Origin: Hydrolagus affinis | Lineage: Eukaryota | Assembly (NCBI GenBank): GCA_012026655.1 | Contig: JAAILG010000846.1 | Location: 1-64,000 of the forward strand | Direction: 5' to 3' | Length of the DNA stretch: 64,000 nucleotides | Part shown: one piece after another, positions 25,370 through 39,598 of the stretch | How the letters are laid out: every line of letters begins with the position of its first letter | How positions within the stretch are numbered: the first letter of the stretch is position 1 | The notes under the pieces: model-generated | Told to the model about the DNA's origin: nothing | The model's input: only the letters and a program-made list of their open reading frames with translations | Databases searched by the model: none | Made by a program: the position numbers and the translations under genes

Positions 25370-25525
25370 ACCCAGATCTATGCTGAACATGGAGTACAGC
25401 AATTTTGGGGGTGCTCTCTTTCGTAGGAGATGCTGAACTGAGATCCCAATCATCCTGTTCAGGTGGACATTCAAAGTCCCATGGCACCATTCAAAAAGAG
25501 TCTCACCCATTAATCTGGCCATTAA
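25370..25525 (+). mobile_element. HE1/V-SINE-like fragment
   Basis: gagatgctgaactgagatcccaatcatcctgttcaggtggacattcaaagtcccatggcaccattcaaaaagag. Confidence 0.6.
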
Positions 25526-28500
25526 TGCCCCACATTCACTGCATGTTTGTGTGTACTACATTGCTGCATGCAATTTGACTGCCGTGTTTGACTACAGACA
25601 CAAACATAGCCTGTGAAACATTGCGGACAAGTAAATAAAAAAAATTGTTCAGATATAAATATTTTGTTATTCTTATGGATTGTTTCCACTAAGTTCATTT
25701 CAAAACGTGCTCGAAGCTTTGAACCCTCAGATATAATCATCACTAGGAAATTCACCCCAAGTTTCAATTATTTGAAATTGTAAAATAATACACACAAATG
25801 TATTTTTATTGCATTTAGGCTTTTTTTTTGCTAGCAGTGGGGTTAGCACATAAGAAAGAGGCTCTAGTTCATTGTCATGCAGTTTGTACACCATGCCATG
25901 CACACTGAAGGTTTACAATAATTATGAGTAAATGCAAGGACTATATGATAATGTAAATTTCACTGGATACAGAAGTTAGTACACACTGGGTAGACTTAAT
26001 TGAACAGGGTTTTCCCCTCAGTTTCAAAGTGATTTTGTTTCTCTTATGTTTTAATTCTCTTGATCCACAAGTTTCTATGAATGAGGAATGCTATCAATAA
26101 ACAAGCTGCTGGGAGAATTACAAGCAAAGCTCAAGTTGACTCCCATTCCCATTCTGTTCCCTCAATGTGGATATTGATTATCTCAGTGCAAGTGCAATCC
26201 TTTGACAGTTCAGATAATACACAAAATGATTTAATGAAAACATTATAAATATATTTTTAGAAGAGCTTCCATATCACAATCTATCTGGAATTTCCCTCTT
26301 CTTTTATGGACACAAGTGGTGACGTTGCTAATCTAAGACTTGCTCATTTACCACTCTTGCCTGCAAATCCTCTTTCAGGTGGAATGTTTGAGCAAGGAAG
26401 AGTTCCAAACCATCTAGCAACATTAGGATTAGCCCCCAGCTCCACAAAAAAAATTGTAGAGTCAGGTCTTCATTTCTAATTTCTCACTTCAATTGTTTTT
26501 AAACATCTCTTACTCAATTTTGTTGCTCATTTCCTCATTCTTCATTTGAAAACCAAAATCAGAATGACGATTTAAAAACTGTTACTAAGTCTGACACACA
26601 AGGTAGTCTCGTTTTGTAACCATTTCAAGGCCTATCCGAGATGTCTGTATTCAGTAAATTGAAAACAATGAACATTACCAATAATAATGAGTGAGCTTCG
26701 CATTTTGTTTCCATGACATTATATAAAATGTTTACACAACAAATAAAGCCCTGTTGGAGGAACCAATTAGTATTAATTGAAAGGTTTGCCTACATTCTCT
26801 GAAACAAATACTGTAGTTACCTGCAAAATTAGAATACATACAAACATTTTAATTATATATACATATATGTAGATAAACATTAAAATTTTGACAGTAGGCA
26901 ATTTTGCCTGAAATGTGCTTTTCTGTTTAAAATGCCAACAGTACAATTTTGAATGTAGTCTAAATCTTAGCACACCATCTAAATATTCTTGAGTTACAAT
27001 TTGTATTTCTTCAAGGTGCAGATTTTAATAGTTTGGCTTCTTAAGATGTTATATTATTTCATGAACATTAGTTTCTTTTCAAACTTTAACAGCATTCATG
27101 TTCCCATATCCCATCTTAAATAATCCTGCACATCCACAGCCTTGATGTGAGGAAAAAAAAGGGAACTGTTAGAGACAACTAACTTCCATTAGTGATCAAG
27201 TGATTGGCAGTGGGATCATGACCTCTCGAGCTCGGGTCACCTACTTTTCTCAAAAGGGCAATCCTGCTGATCTATCTTTTAGCCACAGTCTCTCATCCAA
27301 TCCCAAGCCTTTTGCCTTTTAGCTTTGATTTGGTTCAGGCTTTCCTTGGTATCAGTCTCTACCTGTCATCAACTCTTCTTTAAAGCGGTGCTAGCTAGTA
27401 TCAGGAGTCTAACCCTAGGGCACAGTCAGGGTGGGCAGGTAAAACCTGACCACTGGACCCACTTCCTTATCTTTCATAACCTCGCAGGCATGGAGAAGTA
27501 TCAAATTCGGATGAAGAACAGTACATGAAACAGCCAGATGACCCAACAGAGAAGTTCTTGATAAAAGGCACTGTTTCCTGCACAATCTGTTTGAAAAGAA
27601 ATGTCATCTATCACATTAAAAAATAAATGGATCATAGGATTGCATGACAGGGAAATTGGCATATGGTACTTCTAGTGCAGGTGGGTGCTGATTTACACAA
27701 GTGCCTGTGTCCTTCTGCATTCCCAACATTTTGTCACTCACAAGGCAGTGAAGTTGAAAGATGTTTCAAGCTGCCTGATTAATGGAAAAACCCACGATCC
27801 CCTTTGAAAACACTGTTCCAAAGCTGTTGTACAACAAACAAAGGAGCAAGTTTAATCTAAAACATCCCATGTTCACATAGTGATGGATGGAGAAATGAGG
27901 ATAGGACTGAAAATAAAAGTAAAACCTTGGTTATCTGATCAAAACTTGAAGCTATTAGCATGGTATCTGTTTCCTTTCTCAGATTTATTCTGATGCAAGA
28001 TAACAATCTTTACGCAGCAGTCATAGTAATATATTCACTTTCATTTCACTTGAATATAGTATTTTGACTGAAAATATTTTCACCATGAAAATTATAAATC
28101 ACAAATAAAACACCCGCTGCATGATTTGCCAGTTTAGTTCTATGGTTAGCATATAAGTTTCTTAAATACACAGGTGAACATATAATAAAATTATCAAGTA
28201 CTGTAGTTTTATTTAGGTTTAATTGGTGAATACATAGCATGAGTTTTCTCAAATAAGCTAACTTACTCACAAGAAAATGGTAATACAAAATTAAATCTGT
28301 CAGTCTTTTCAGTGGAAGTTCAACTGCGAAATTCCAATGTTTAGATTTAAATTTTATGGAGATATTTTAATTCTCCTGAATGAAGATCAATTAAATATTA
28401 AAATGTTTAGAAAAACATCCCAATTTAATATTTTCAAATGAGTTGTAAAAGCATACAGTTCTGTCCAAACAATCTTACCCATTCAAGTAACACTAAAAGC

Positions 28501-28804
28501 CAGCCATTTAGCCAGCCATTTAGTTTGCTGGAAGGAATACTTCCCATGGTTTTTCCTGCCAGAGTTAACATCAAAATGGATATCACTAGCTTATTCCTGG
28601 AAAATGTATAAGCTTAATGCCAATTAGCATCTCTACCCTTCACACTTCAATCAAAATGATTTTTAAATTAACTATTTTTTTTAAAAATCTTAACACGCTC
28701 ACCTATTCACTTTTCAAATTCAACCAACTTACACAATCTTAGTCAACTACAATTTTTTTTGCTGCATTTTTTCCTCTTTCCTGCTCTTCTATGGCAAGTA
28801 TTGA

Positions 28805-29130
28805 CTGTTGCTGGAGTAAAGTTCCACAGGCACTGACAGCTATCAGGTACCTCACCCAGAGGCCATTCCTCATTTATGTGAGCCAAAGCAGCAAGCGTGA
28901 ACAAGCTATTTGACCATAGGCTGTATCACCGCGATGCCCAAACCTGCCTTCATATGTGCACTTTGCAAGAGTTGTCAATGGATAACGATCAACAGTGAGA
29001 TCTCTCGCTGAATGTCTACTACCAAATTCAGGTGCAATGAAGCCGGTTATTCGACCCCATTGCTACCCTGCCTAAGAACAACTAACTCAGCTCAAATTTG
29101 AAATGAAATCTACTAATAGTCTGGTCTGTA
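28805..29130 (-). mobile_element. Deu-domain SINE (SacSINE1/AmnSINE1-like)
   Basis: tacctcacccagaggccattcctcatttatgtgagcc...gctatttgacc...tgctaccctgcctaagaacaactaactcagc. Confidence 0.65.
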
Positions 29131-29711
29131 TATCTCAGTGCCACAGGTGATAGCCCCCTTTCCCATAAAGTCATTAGATGACTCCAACTGCAAATGATAA
29201 AAAGGTAAGAACCATTTCAAACTCAGTTTTCAAAAATGACACATTGGCACATGAAAAATAATATCTTTCTCTTTGTATGTCCCCCACCCATTAAATTGAT
29301 TTACATATTATCTATTCTATAAATATATATCCAGTTACAGTACTAATAACTAAATAACTAATAATTATAGCAAATAATAATCAATACCGGTCAATTAAGA
29401 ATGTGCTTGATTGGTGTTCAAAATCAACATACATATCTTGACACAGAGTATCAAAATACACATTCAAGATTAAAAGAAAAAAATTGAACTGCAACTCAGA
29501 ATTCATTGAAAAATCTTGTGGGCAAATTACAAATAGTAGGCCCCACTTTTGTCATGGTTCACAGTGTTGTAATACAGCAAAGAAAAGGACATAGCAGTTT
29601 CTTGAAAAGATAATAACATAAACCAGTTAGCATGCAGTTTCAAGGGCTGGCCTTTTACTACTGACTTCATTCAGCATCACTCATCAAGAGAAAATAATCT
29701 TAAAGCCTTAC

Positions 29712-29785
29712 TTGTCTAATATCGATGAATGCTAACTGCAAGGTGTCTCCTTGAAATCCTGGCACTGGCTCAGAGCTTGCAAACA
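29712..29785 (-). CDS. EXOC6: EXOC6 coding exon (74 bp)
   Basis: TTTCCCTCAG / GTAAGG; (L)FASSEPVPGFQGDTLQLAFIDIRQ. Confidence 0.96.
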
Positions 29786-29991
29786 CTGAGGGAAAGATGA
29801 AGAGTAAAAATAATTAGTGAGTCAAAATGATGACAATCCTAAAGTATTTTACTGCACATTTTTAGGCAAATAAATCTGAACATTAAACTATTACAAAGAA
29901 AGTCACACATATTCAGTTTACTGTATACAGTTGAACTCAATTCAATTGCAATACATAAATTTTACCAATGGTAATCAGCTTACACTACAGG

Positions 29992-30362
29992 ATAATAATA
30001 ATAATACTCATTGCATTTGATATAGTGCTTTTCAAATCTTCTAGACGTCTCAAAGTGCTTCACAGAATATACTGTGAAGGGAATTGACCGGATATTTATG
30101 GGCAAAATGCAGCAGCCAATTGCTGCTCACAACCAATTGTGGATCAAGTGACCAACTTATTGACATTCTCCTGATGTAAAAGATGCTATACAAATGCAAT
30201 TTTGTTGTATTTTGTTAATACAACTGTGTTCCTACTTACTGCTAGATAAACAAGAGGAGTGTGGAATAAGGAAACTTGACCAGCATTTCACCCTGCTGAA
30301 ATGCTGAATCAAACCCAGGTCTCTCACTTGTGAGGCAAGTGCTCTAACCACTGAGCTACATG
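29992..30362 (-). mobile_element. tRNA-headed SINE interrupted by a short opposite-strand tail fragment
   Basis: Head (rc tgtagctcagtggttagagcacttgcctc) at ~30362-30222, tail at ~30160-29992, plus-strand aagatgctatacaaatgcaattttgttg between them. Confidence 0.75.
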
Positions 30363-31251
30363 TTAGTGTTTATATATGAAAAGTTATATGCTGCAAACGA
30401 GGCTAGACAATTTTTTTTAATTTCTTGGCCCTAAGGGTGAATGATTACAAAAGTATTTTGAGAAAATACTGATTCCATGGCTGTAAATATATTTTCAAAC
30501 ATCTGCTTTGTTACAGCATCTGTTCAATAAAAATCCTACCTCTAGCCAAACAGCAATTAAAGACAGACAGTGGGGTGGGAACTAGCTTAACATGCAGACA
30601 ACAGGTGGAATGCTCAAAGCATCACAATCTGTACTTAACTGGAATGTCTGTACTTGCAATGTAAGACGTTTCTAATAATGGAATTTATAAATATGAGTCT
30701 TCAAGGTGGCTTTAAAAAAATGAAAAGGAAATGGACTGTTTGGAAATATTAGAATCAGACATTCAATGGATAGCTGTTCTGTTAGAATTGCAAATCAGTT
30801 CATCTTTATTCTCACATAAAAACTTATCGTATTGATAAAAAATCATTTTAATACGAGTAATTAATGCCCATCTGGCAAATATGCATCCAATACTCAAGAC
30901 AATTAAGGAGTTTATATAAGTAGGTATATTTGCATATGTAATTGGAAATTATATTGCTTAAATCAATTATACTCTTAAGTTGAAAAATGCAACTAAACAA
31001 AATAATATTATTTAAGAACTATATTTATGAAACTATATTAGCAAACAAAAGAGGATAAATCAATGTAGATGTAGCAGGCTGGAATTTGAGAGGGAGTAAA
31101 CTCAGCTGAAGTCCCCAGTCCTTTCCTCTCCAGGTAGAGAAATTCTGGATTGATGCTTTTCTGACTGGGTTGGACACTTAAACAACAAATTTGCCACATC
31201 ACAATCAGGAAATTATTGGGTAGTCCCATAAGGGCTTTATTTTATCTTGTA

Positions 31252-31976
31252 CAGTAGAAGCCTGTTTATCCGACACCCGCCGGACCTGGCCAATGCCGGT
31301 TAAAGCGCCGGGTGGCCTGCGGCCGAAAACCCACTACAAAAAAATTAAAGTTCTTTTAACACACACCATACACACCAGACTAATTAATAACAAATAATAA
31401 TAGAATATTATATTGGTACTTATTGTTAAAACTACTCTCTTGTGCTTCTCACCTTTACTGATTGAGGTTTACAGTCCAGCAATTCTTTTTTAAATGGAGG
31501 ACGCCAAGCGGGTGAAAAAAACGGCAGCGCGATTTTAAAGTCGCACGACTTTACTAGCTGCAAGCCGAAGCCCTAGACTCTACTAGCGGCAAACCAAAAT
31601 AGTGCACCTGCGCGACAATGTGGGTTATCGGCTAGCGTTATCAGCTTGCCGCTAGTATGACTTTAAAGACATACTTGCTCCGTTTTTTTCACCCGCTTGG
31701 CGTGCTCCATTTTAAAAAGAATCGCTGGACTATAAACCTCAACCGCAGCATTCATGGCTTCAAGCGCAGCATCTACCAGCAAAGGTAAAAAGCGCAAGAG
31801 AGTAATTTTAACAATAAGTACCAATACAATATTCTGTTATTATTTATGCATTTACAAATGCTCCACTGCTATTGTTCCGGATAAGTTCCGGTTTATCGAA
31901 TGGGGACTTTTTTTTTGGCGTGCCGGTTATACGGAAGTGCCGGTGCATTGAGTCACGGATAAATGGGCTTCTATTG
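31252..31976 (+). mobile_element. Non-autonomous pogo/Tigger-like DNA transposon with long internal palindrome
   Basis: TIRs CAGTAGAAGCCTGTTTATCCG ... CGGATAAATGGGCTTCTATTG; left TA; ends match MITEs at 15910 and 63205; ORF stub MASSAASTSKGKKRKRVILTI resembles pogo/TIGD N-termini. Confidence 0.85.
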
Positions 31977-33734
31977 TCTTCAGCTAATTATCTCCCACCT
32001 CCTACATACACACCATCAGTATTGTATTATTCAGTCTTGACTGATTTAGGTAATATAATTTCTGCCCTGAAACAAAGATCAACAGACACCAAGGGCAAAG
32101 CACATCACGAGGGCTGGTTTCTTCCAAAGCATTTAATGTCGTGTGTTGGACTTATAAAGCAAAGTTAAGTCTAACAATGAAATAGATGTCACAAAGGTGG
32201 TGGAAAAAATTGGACAAGTGCACCAAGCCAGAGCACACATCTTATTTGTTTCCTAATTTCTTCACTTCAGAGAAAAGGAAGATCTGAATTTCAGGAAATC
32301 TCTGCAGCAATCATCCTCAATCTTTAATTCACTATCCAGAGCTGTTTACAATGCATAGATTATCTTTCTTGCATCTTCCTTGAAAAAAACTGGTAACGTT
32401 TTACACAATTACAAATATTAAAGTGTGACTACAGCAAAAACACTTTTTATAGTTGAAACTAACACACATACACGCCACCTAGGATGCATATTATTTCCCT
32501 GAAGGGGTGCAACTGGCTAATCTATTTCTGGAAAATATTAGGATTGAGTAAGCTAAGATTTGGGAAGTACTGCTGGAGTGTAACTAACTAAAACCTCATA
32601 GCTTGCCAGAGTGAATGCTGTCTGGCGAGCTTCCATTACTCATGTAGCTAGGACCACGCTACCTGTTAAGGTTTTGGCTTGCAGCCCCCCCCAGAGACCA
32701 TCTGCCACACAAGTCTTGCTGACAAGGCAGGCTGGCTGGTCTGTCATCAGCAGTGCCTTGGAGTACTGCAGATCTGCCTGATTCACAAACAGAACTACTG
32801 AGTAACACAGAGAGTTGACATAATTCTGACATTCTGTTGCCAAAGCAGGTCACCTTGGAGCCAGTTAGACTGCAAACAGAGGGATAATAAATAAGGAAAA
32901 AAGAAAGCAATGACCCAAAGTGATTTTTTTTTAGTTGATCTTTACCAGTGTCACCTTTCTAAATAGAATGAACATAAATCATATTTGAACAGATTTGCAT
33001 TTTAGGGAGAGTAAACCTTTTACAAAATAATTTTATTTAAATCTCTCCACTGATAATGCAACACTATTCACAAAACAGCACAATTAGATCTCGTTTATAT
33101 TCAAACTTAATAGAACTTTCAATAGATACCATCCCATCACTGTAAATTAAACCCTTAGCACATTTATCAATTACAATAGGAAGCTACCTGCCATGCGTGA
33201 GTTATTTGAACACAAAAGTGCTAATGGAAATGTCACTGATATGACCATTAATCCTGAAAATGTCATATATAATGTTGGAGAAGAGCGATACACTCAAAAC
33301 ATTAAATCACAGGCAACACAGTGATGTCTGGAATGTGCATCTTACAGAAACAATTGAAGGAACGATAAGCATACAGGCCACTGGTAGAACACATTTGTTT
33401 TCAAATTTAAGTTAATTCACATGAAAACATTACAAATTGCTTTGAAAGAAATGCCATTGGATGTTAAAACAGTAAATTCTCCAATAGCTACATTTGTTTA
33501 AAATTATTCCTAAATTTTTGAAATGTTACTGTACTTTTTTAAAGAAATAGTGTGGAAAATTTCCACTTATTCTAAATACAGTACTTAAATCTAGCTTCTG
33601 CTAAAATCTATGCAAAGTACAATTATGCTTTTTCGCTGAAAAAATCATTTGTAGGTTATTACTTTAGTTAAATCACTTACCTGAATTGTGCATAGAGTAT
33701 GATCCATACTGACAGCAATTAATTTAAACACAAT

Positions 33735-33798
33735 TTGGTCACATATTGAGATGCCTCGAAGACATGATAAAGCGCTATATTAAATACAAGGATTATTA
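33735..33798 (+). mobile_element. SINE 3' tail fragment
   Basis: ttgagatgcctcgaagacatgataaagcgctatattaaatacaaggattatta. Confidence 0.7.
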
Positions 33799-35823
33799 CA
33801 AACTGCTGAAAATTTCCAAACTCCGAGGACCAGTCCGCTCAATTGTCACTTAAATACTTTCATAGCACAATGCCTTGACTCGTGTCAAATTATATTTAAA
33901 GTTTGCTTATTATTTTTTAAATATATTTACAGATGAACACTGATAAATTAGTGACGAAATAACACCCTTTTTCCTGTTTTTAATGCCAAAGCAAAAAGGT
34001 GAAATTTTGTTGATTGCACAAAAGAAAGTAGCAGTGCAAGCTTAAGTACAGGTTAATGCCATCCTTGGGGCATATTGCTCAAACGTAAATATAGGTTTAT
34101 GCAGGTGAAGGGTTAGAAATGGTATGTCCGATTTGAGAGGGATTTTAACTTTTAGCTACTTTGGTTGATTTAGCGCTAGAATTATACTGTATGCACAATG
34201 AATGTTTTTTTCCTGAAATATTAGGAAAAAATAAACTAAATGGCTTTTACTCGTTACCAACTATTTCTGTAATGGGAATGAGTATCTACCATTTCTTAAG
34301 TAACTATTGTTTCTATACAGATCATACATTTGTATAATATTAATGAAACTGTGACAAAAGGCTCGTCAAACCATGCTTGATCTTTCTATACAAAGATTGT
34401 AGTTCAAAATGTTAATTGTGCTAAAAAGGTATTTTTATTCTCAATTCCTCCAACCTTTTAATACAAATCTAAATCTATTAAAAAATCAATAATATACTCC
34501 AAATCTTGAATACAAAGGAAAAAGCTCACTGTCTGACAAGTAATCCTTCACTAATCTCCATTTCCTTCATTGTGTCTTTCTCTATCATATGAAAAAGACT
34601 ATCTATGATCATTGCTGTACCTACTTTTTCCAACCTAAGCACCGATATAACATTGAACACGCTCTTTCTTCCTTAGTATTTGAATGACGATTGGCCACAC
34701 TACTTCTTTACCAACTCTCATTTAATTCTGTACCTGGATGTCAAATTTTATAAAATGTTACTTTCCTCAGTCTTCTCTTGCAACTTTTTGTTATAAAAAA
34801 TGAACTGACAATCAGCAAACATTGACAATTACTGAATTGACAATCACTAGGGAACCACCAAAGCACTCTGTTTACATTTATTTGATCAATATGGACTTGG
34901 GTCCTGGTACGACACCTTGTGGTCCCAGAAGGAATCTCACCTAGTATTGATACAAACCTTAAGAATCTGATTCAAATGGTAGGTCAAATGGTAGTAGTTT
35001 CAGGGGTGATTTTCTGACTGGCAATTTAAGCAAGTTAATTTGTGTATCCTTGTAGCCAAGATAGCATTCCAGCAAGTATAACTGTCATCTCAATGAGGTT
35101 ATTTACTCCAAGATCCTTCCGATTCTGATGGCGCTCCAATCTGATATAAAAAAATGAAGCATACCCTCCAATGGGATTTGTTTTCACAAAGAGAGGATTG
35201 GGGTGAGGGGCAGAATAACTCTCCCTCCAATCTTCTCTAGCCTCATCATACCCATCTCTCCCATGAACTGTGGCACTACATTGTGGCAAGAGGGCAAATC
35301 AAATTAGTATCCTCTACTACTATGACCCTTATAGGATCACCGCATGTCAGCGAATATGGAATATATTGATAAACATTGAAACAGGATTTTTTTTTAATGA
35401 ACTTTTCAAAATAACAATATTCTAGTTATGAATTGAAATAATATGATGCATCCATTCTCACAAATGATTTTATAAATCAGGTATTTCATTTTAATATATC
35501 TGTCATTGATTTTATCCTCAAAATTTCAAATCCTTCAAATACAGGAAACACCAGCTGTTGTCTGTAACTGCAGCAATCATATTTACTTTCAGTAAAACTA
35601 TGAAAAAAAATCCAATCGGCTAGGTCACTACTCTGTCCGATAGAAGTAAAGCTCTATCATTACATGTGCTCACCCCTGCTATTGAGATCATTTAAGCCTG
35701 CAAGCATTTGACTCTCGTAACTGAGATTTACCACATCTGGTATTAGCATGAACTCTGTATGACCAATTTAATGAGGTTAAAATCTATAATTGAACTCCAT
35801 TAGGTTAAATAAGTTCTACTTAC

Positions 35824-35965
35824 ATTCACACTGAATGACATCCAGGTTGAACTGCTGAATGGCTCCCATGCTTATCTGCTTCACCTCTGCATCCAAGAGC
35901 ATTTGCATCAGGGACGTAGATAGATGCTTGCAGGCTGACATGCAGGCTGTCTGCGCTACCTTTCC
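35824..35965 (-). CDS. EXOC6: EXOC6 coding exon (142 bp)
   Basis: CTTTTTTCCAG / GTAAGT; GKVAQTACMSACKHLSTSLMQMLLDAEVKQISMGAIQQFNLDVIQCE. Confidence 0.96.
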
Positions 35966-36747
35966 CTGGAAAAAAGAGCAGCACTGTATTAAATCTGCTG
36001 GAGATCAGACAGCAGCGACACACGTTACATACAAATAATTGGTTTAAAATAATAAGTTAATTTAACCCTTTCAGGACTGAAATCAGCGTCCTTTCCCATC
36101 AGGAGGACGTCCTGGGAAAGGCACTATACAAATGTAATTGTGTTATTATTATTGTTGAATATTTGTCATCCAAACCAATGCTAATTGTTTTCAACAAATG
36201 CTATTAAGCAATGGTGTTCTGAACAAATGTCAATATTTGATGTATCAAAAGATTTGCTATGATGCAACTTGTCTTCAAAGGGTTTAAAAACTTAAAACAA
36301 GCACTGAAATGTGACTTTCTATTGATAGGATACATTTAGGAAAAGTACTGACCATTAAAATAATTTATTTTGATGTAAATGTGAAAATGCATGGATAAAA
36401 TGAAAATGTTGTGTGTAGAAATAAAATAATTTTCCATCAAATGTATTGTCTTTTTAAGGGCATAGTATCCCAACATTTGAGATACACTCAATCATACGCA
36501 GAATATATATTTTACCACTGCACAATATAATGGTAAAATTATAGTATAGACATACTAAACACATTTTAACTAGCTTGCTCCTATTCTGTACAATCTGCTC
36601 AATTCCAGCAGCTGTTGCTGGGATGTGCATTACGTACTGGATGCAAAAGTTTGTAAACTTTTTTTCACAAATACATATTTGTAGTTTTAAAATTAAATAT
36701 CTATTTTGTTTCATGGCCAAAATTTCATATTCAAATTTTCACTAGCA

Positions 36748-36851
36748 AATATACAGTCAATTCACTTTCCAGTATATTTTGTTAACCAATTTGAGATGTC
36801 TAAAAGACATGAAAAGCACTATATTAAATGCAAGGATTATCATTAGTATTA
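36748..36851 (+). mobile_element. SINE 3' tail fragment
   Basis: atatacagtcaattcactttccagtatatttt...gcactatattaaatgcaaggattat. Confidence 0.75.
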
Positions 36852-39519
36852 ACAATACTTTGAAAGCAACAATTGTGCAAATTATAACATCAAAAATAAA
36901 TTAAGGATATAATCATGCAATACATTGTCACAATACTATGTCCTCATTGGGTGATACTGAGATAAAACAAGATACAATCCAGATAAAGTAGGGCTGGAAG
37001 AATCCATTGGTCCCAAACCATGTAAGATGCAACTATCTCATTGAAATACACAGAAATTTATGCTTGACTGACATTCCATTAATCTAGTAACATTGACCAT
37101 TTATGCAACAGAAGATTAAGTATAGATAATGCCAGAATTGAGATACAGTACTAAGAAAAAATGATTCAAATTAGATTGAACCAGTCTCAGTTCCAATGAA
37201 TTAATTTGTACAACTTTTTGGGGGTAAAAAATGGCTGATGTACCACAACAAAATGCAATTTGAATGAAACTCCTGATATCCTAGAACATGCATCATTTCA
37301 CTTCAAAAACACTACTGTTCTCTATCCCCAGCAGTTGAAAATGAAGGTGACAAGTGCAGCTAAGATCTTTCAAAGCATCTTTGTTTCTATATTAACTACC
37401 TCGATGAGTACAAGACTAACCCATATTTTATGTTGCCAAACCATGTTGGTCAAACAAATACACTGAACAATCAGTCAAAGTTTAATATGTACAGCAACTA
37501 CATTAGAGGTTAGATTTTGTACCACTATTTCAGGCAAGCATTTCACGTGGGTGATCTTCACACACATTTTCTGTTGAAATTATGTCCAAAACTAATATAT
37601 ACAGAATTAGTAAAGCAAAATAACGACTTCAGGTAACTTCAAAACCCCAAATAGAGCAACCATGCAATGCATTTTGGCAACATTAGTTTCCCTCCATTTA
37701 TTTAAATGGTCAGCAGTCAAGAAGTTTCAGCAAAATGTTTTCGAAGACAGCAGCCACATATTCTTAAGTTTCTTAAACTTTAAAATATTTGGGTCTTAAA
37801 TTTTCAAACACAAAATTTGATTTAATGTACAACTGGAAAATTAACAAATTATAATCCTCTATATTAATTTTTTATATAGAAAAAATATCAATGCAGGCAA
37901 TCAGACTTAATTTTGAGTCTTGTTTTATCTTCCTCATTTATTCTGCATTTTTAAAAAAAAACATGTCTTAAAATTCTATTCTAGAAAACATATCTGTTTG
38001 ATAACACTCATAGAAACGGACGCACAGAAGGCAGCACCCAAGAAAATGGCAGAAATAATAGAAGCAATAAATCATTATCACACATTCCGGTTGATCAAAA
38101 CAACCAGGTTTGTTGCCCAGCCCTTAATAAAACATTCAAAATACTTTTTTTTAAATGAACAGTTCCCGACAGCCTTAAGTCAAGTCATTTACGTTGTTTC
38201 TAATCTGAAACAACTACTCAGACTTGGAAATTCCCAGGTTTAAACAATAGTTTGTTCTGAGCTTGTGGGTTACAATAATTGACCTCAGCATAAAAGAACA
38301 TTCCTGCTCATGAAAGCTAACTGGTGATCACATAAACATTAAACATTTAATTCAAATAATTAGGTTAACAAAAGTGCAATCAGGGCCAAAAAATTCATAT
38401 TGCTATCCTGGAAGAGTTATTTGTTTCCCAAACTTCAGTTCATAATAATATTACTGTTAGTAAAATGCCTAACAGTGTTGTAAACTAACACTGACTGTAG
38501 AATGTACATGGAAATGAAACCAATTGTACATTCAATATCCATTATATTTTAATACACTGAATTTGTACAGTAACTATGTTCAATATTTCAGATATTAATT
38601 CTGACAACTACTGGTATAGTAGAGGCTGGCAGATTTTCTTAAATCCAGTCATATTCTCAACAAGCAAATATCTAACTAGGAATTGCAGGCTCTTCCGAAA
38701 CATTCCTCTTATCTATGCATTTTTCCATGGCATCACTACTCTCTCTAAACACAGGTCTCAAAAGCCAACTGATAATTGCACTTCTCTAATTATTTAAGCT
38801 ATTCATGGTTAAAACAATGATAAACACTTTGCATTCTTGTCTATAATTATGAAACTGAAAAAGTGTATCCTGCAACATACACCCCTGACACCCCTACCAC
38901 CTATCTAAACCAAAGGTGCATTGGTGCATTTGTAAGATACAGCACTACTGTGTCACAAAACTAATAAACATATTAAACAATCATTATTGGTGTCAAAATA
39001 ATTCATATTCATTAATTATAATTGACACCATCATTCTCATGACAGATTTTAGATTTTTAATCAGCACACCAACGACAATTATTTCACAACTCCTGTGATT
39101 CTTTTCAATGTGTCTACAAACTTTGTGCTTATCTTATATTGTGCTGATCACACAGCGAATGTTCAGTCCAAAAACTGTAGCCTACTTTAAAAAAAACATT
39201 AAACATATAACCTAGTTTACAAACTGCACAATCATTTCACAGAAAACGTTGGAAGATACTTTGACATGTTTTGAGATAAAAAGGAGCTAAACCAAATGCA
39301 AGAATTATTATTAATTTATTATTTTTAATATCATAAGGATTAATTAAATTAGATGAAACCATGTTGAAAGCATGATTTCTATCACAAAGTCAAAACCTTA
39401 AGTTTAAGACAGCCAACATGAACTGTACTTTCTAGAAACATTTGTTCAGATTGTCATTTCATTTTATCTAAGTGTATAATGTGTTTCAGCCACAAAATAC
39501 GGTCAATTAATTTTAAAGT

Positions 39520-39598
39520 ATATCCTGTGAAGCGCTTCAAGACACCTTGAAGACGTGATAAGGCACTATTTTAAATACAAGGATTATTATTATCATTA
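39520..39598 (+). mobile_element. SINE 3' tail fragment
   Basis: ctgtgaagcgcttcaagacaccttgaagacgtgataaggcactattttaaatacaaggattattattat. Confidence 0.75.

Noticed and set aside
33681-33708. Perfect minus-strand donor CAG|GTAAGT with a 28-nt candidate exon
   Set aside because: No pyrimidine tract at the acceptor and frameshifting length.
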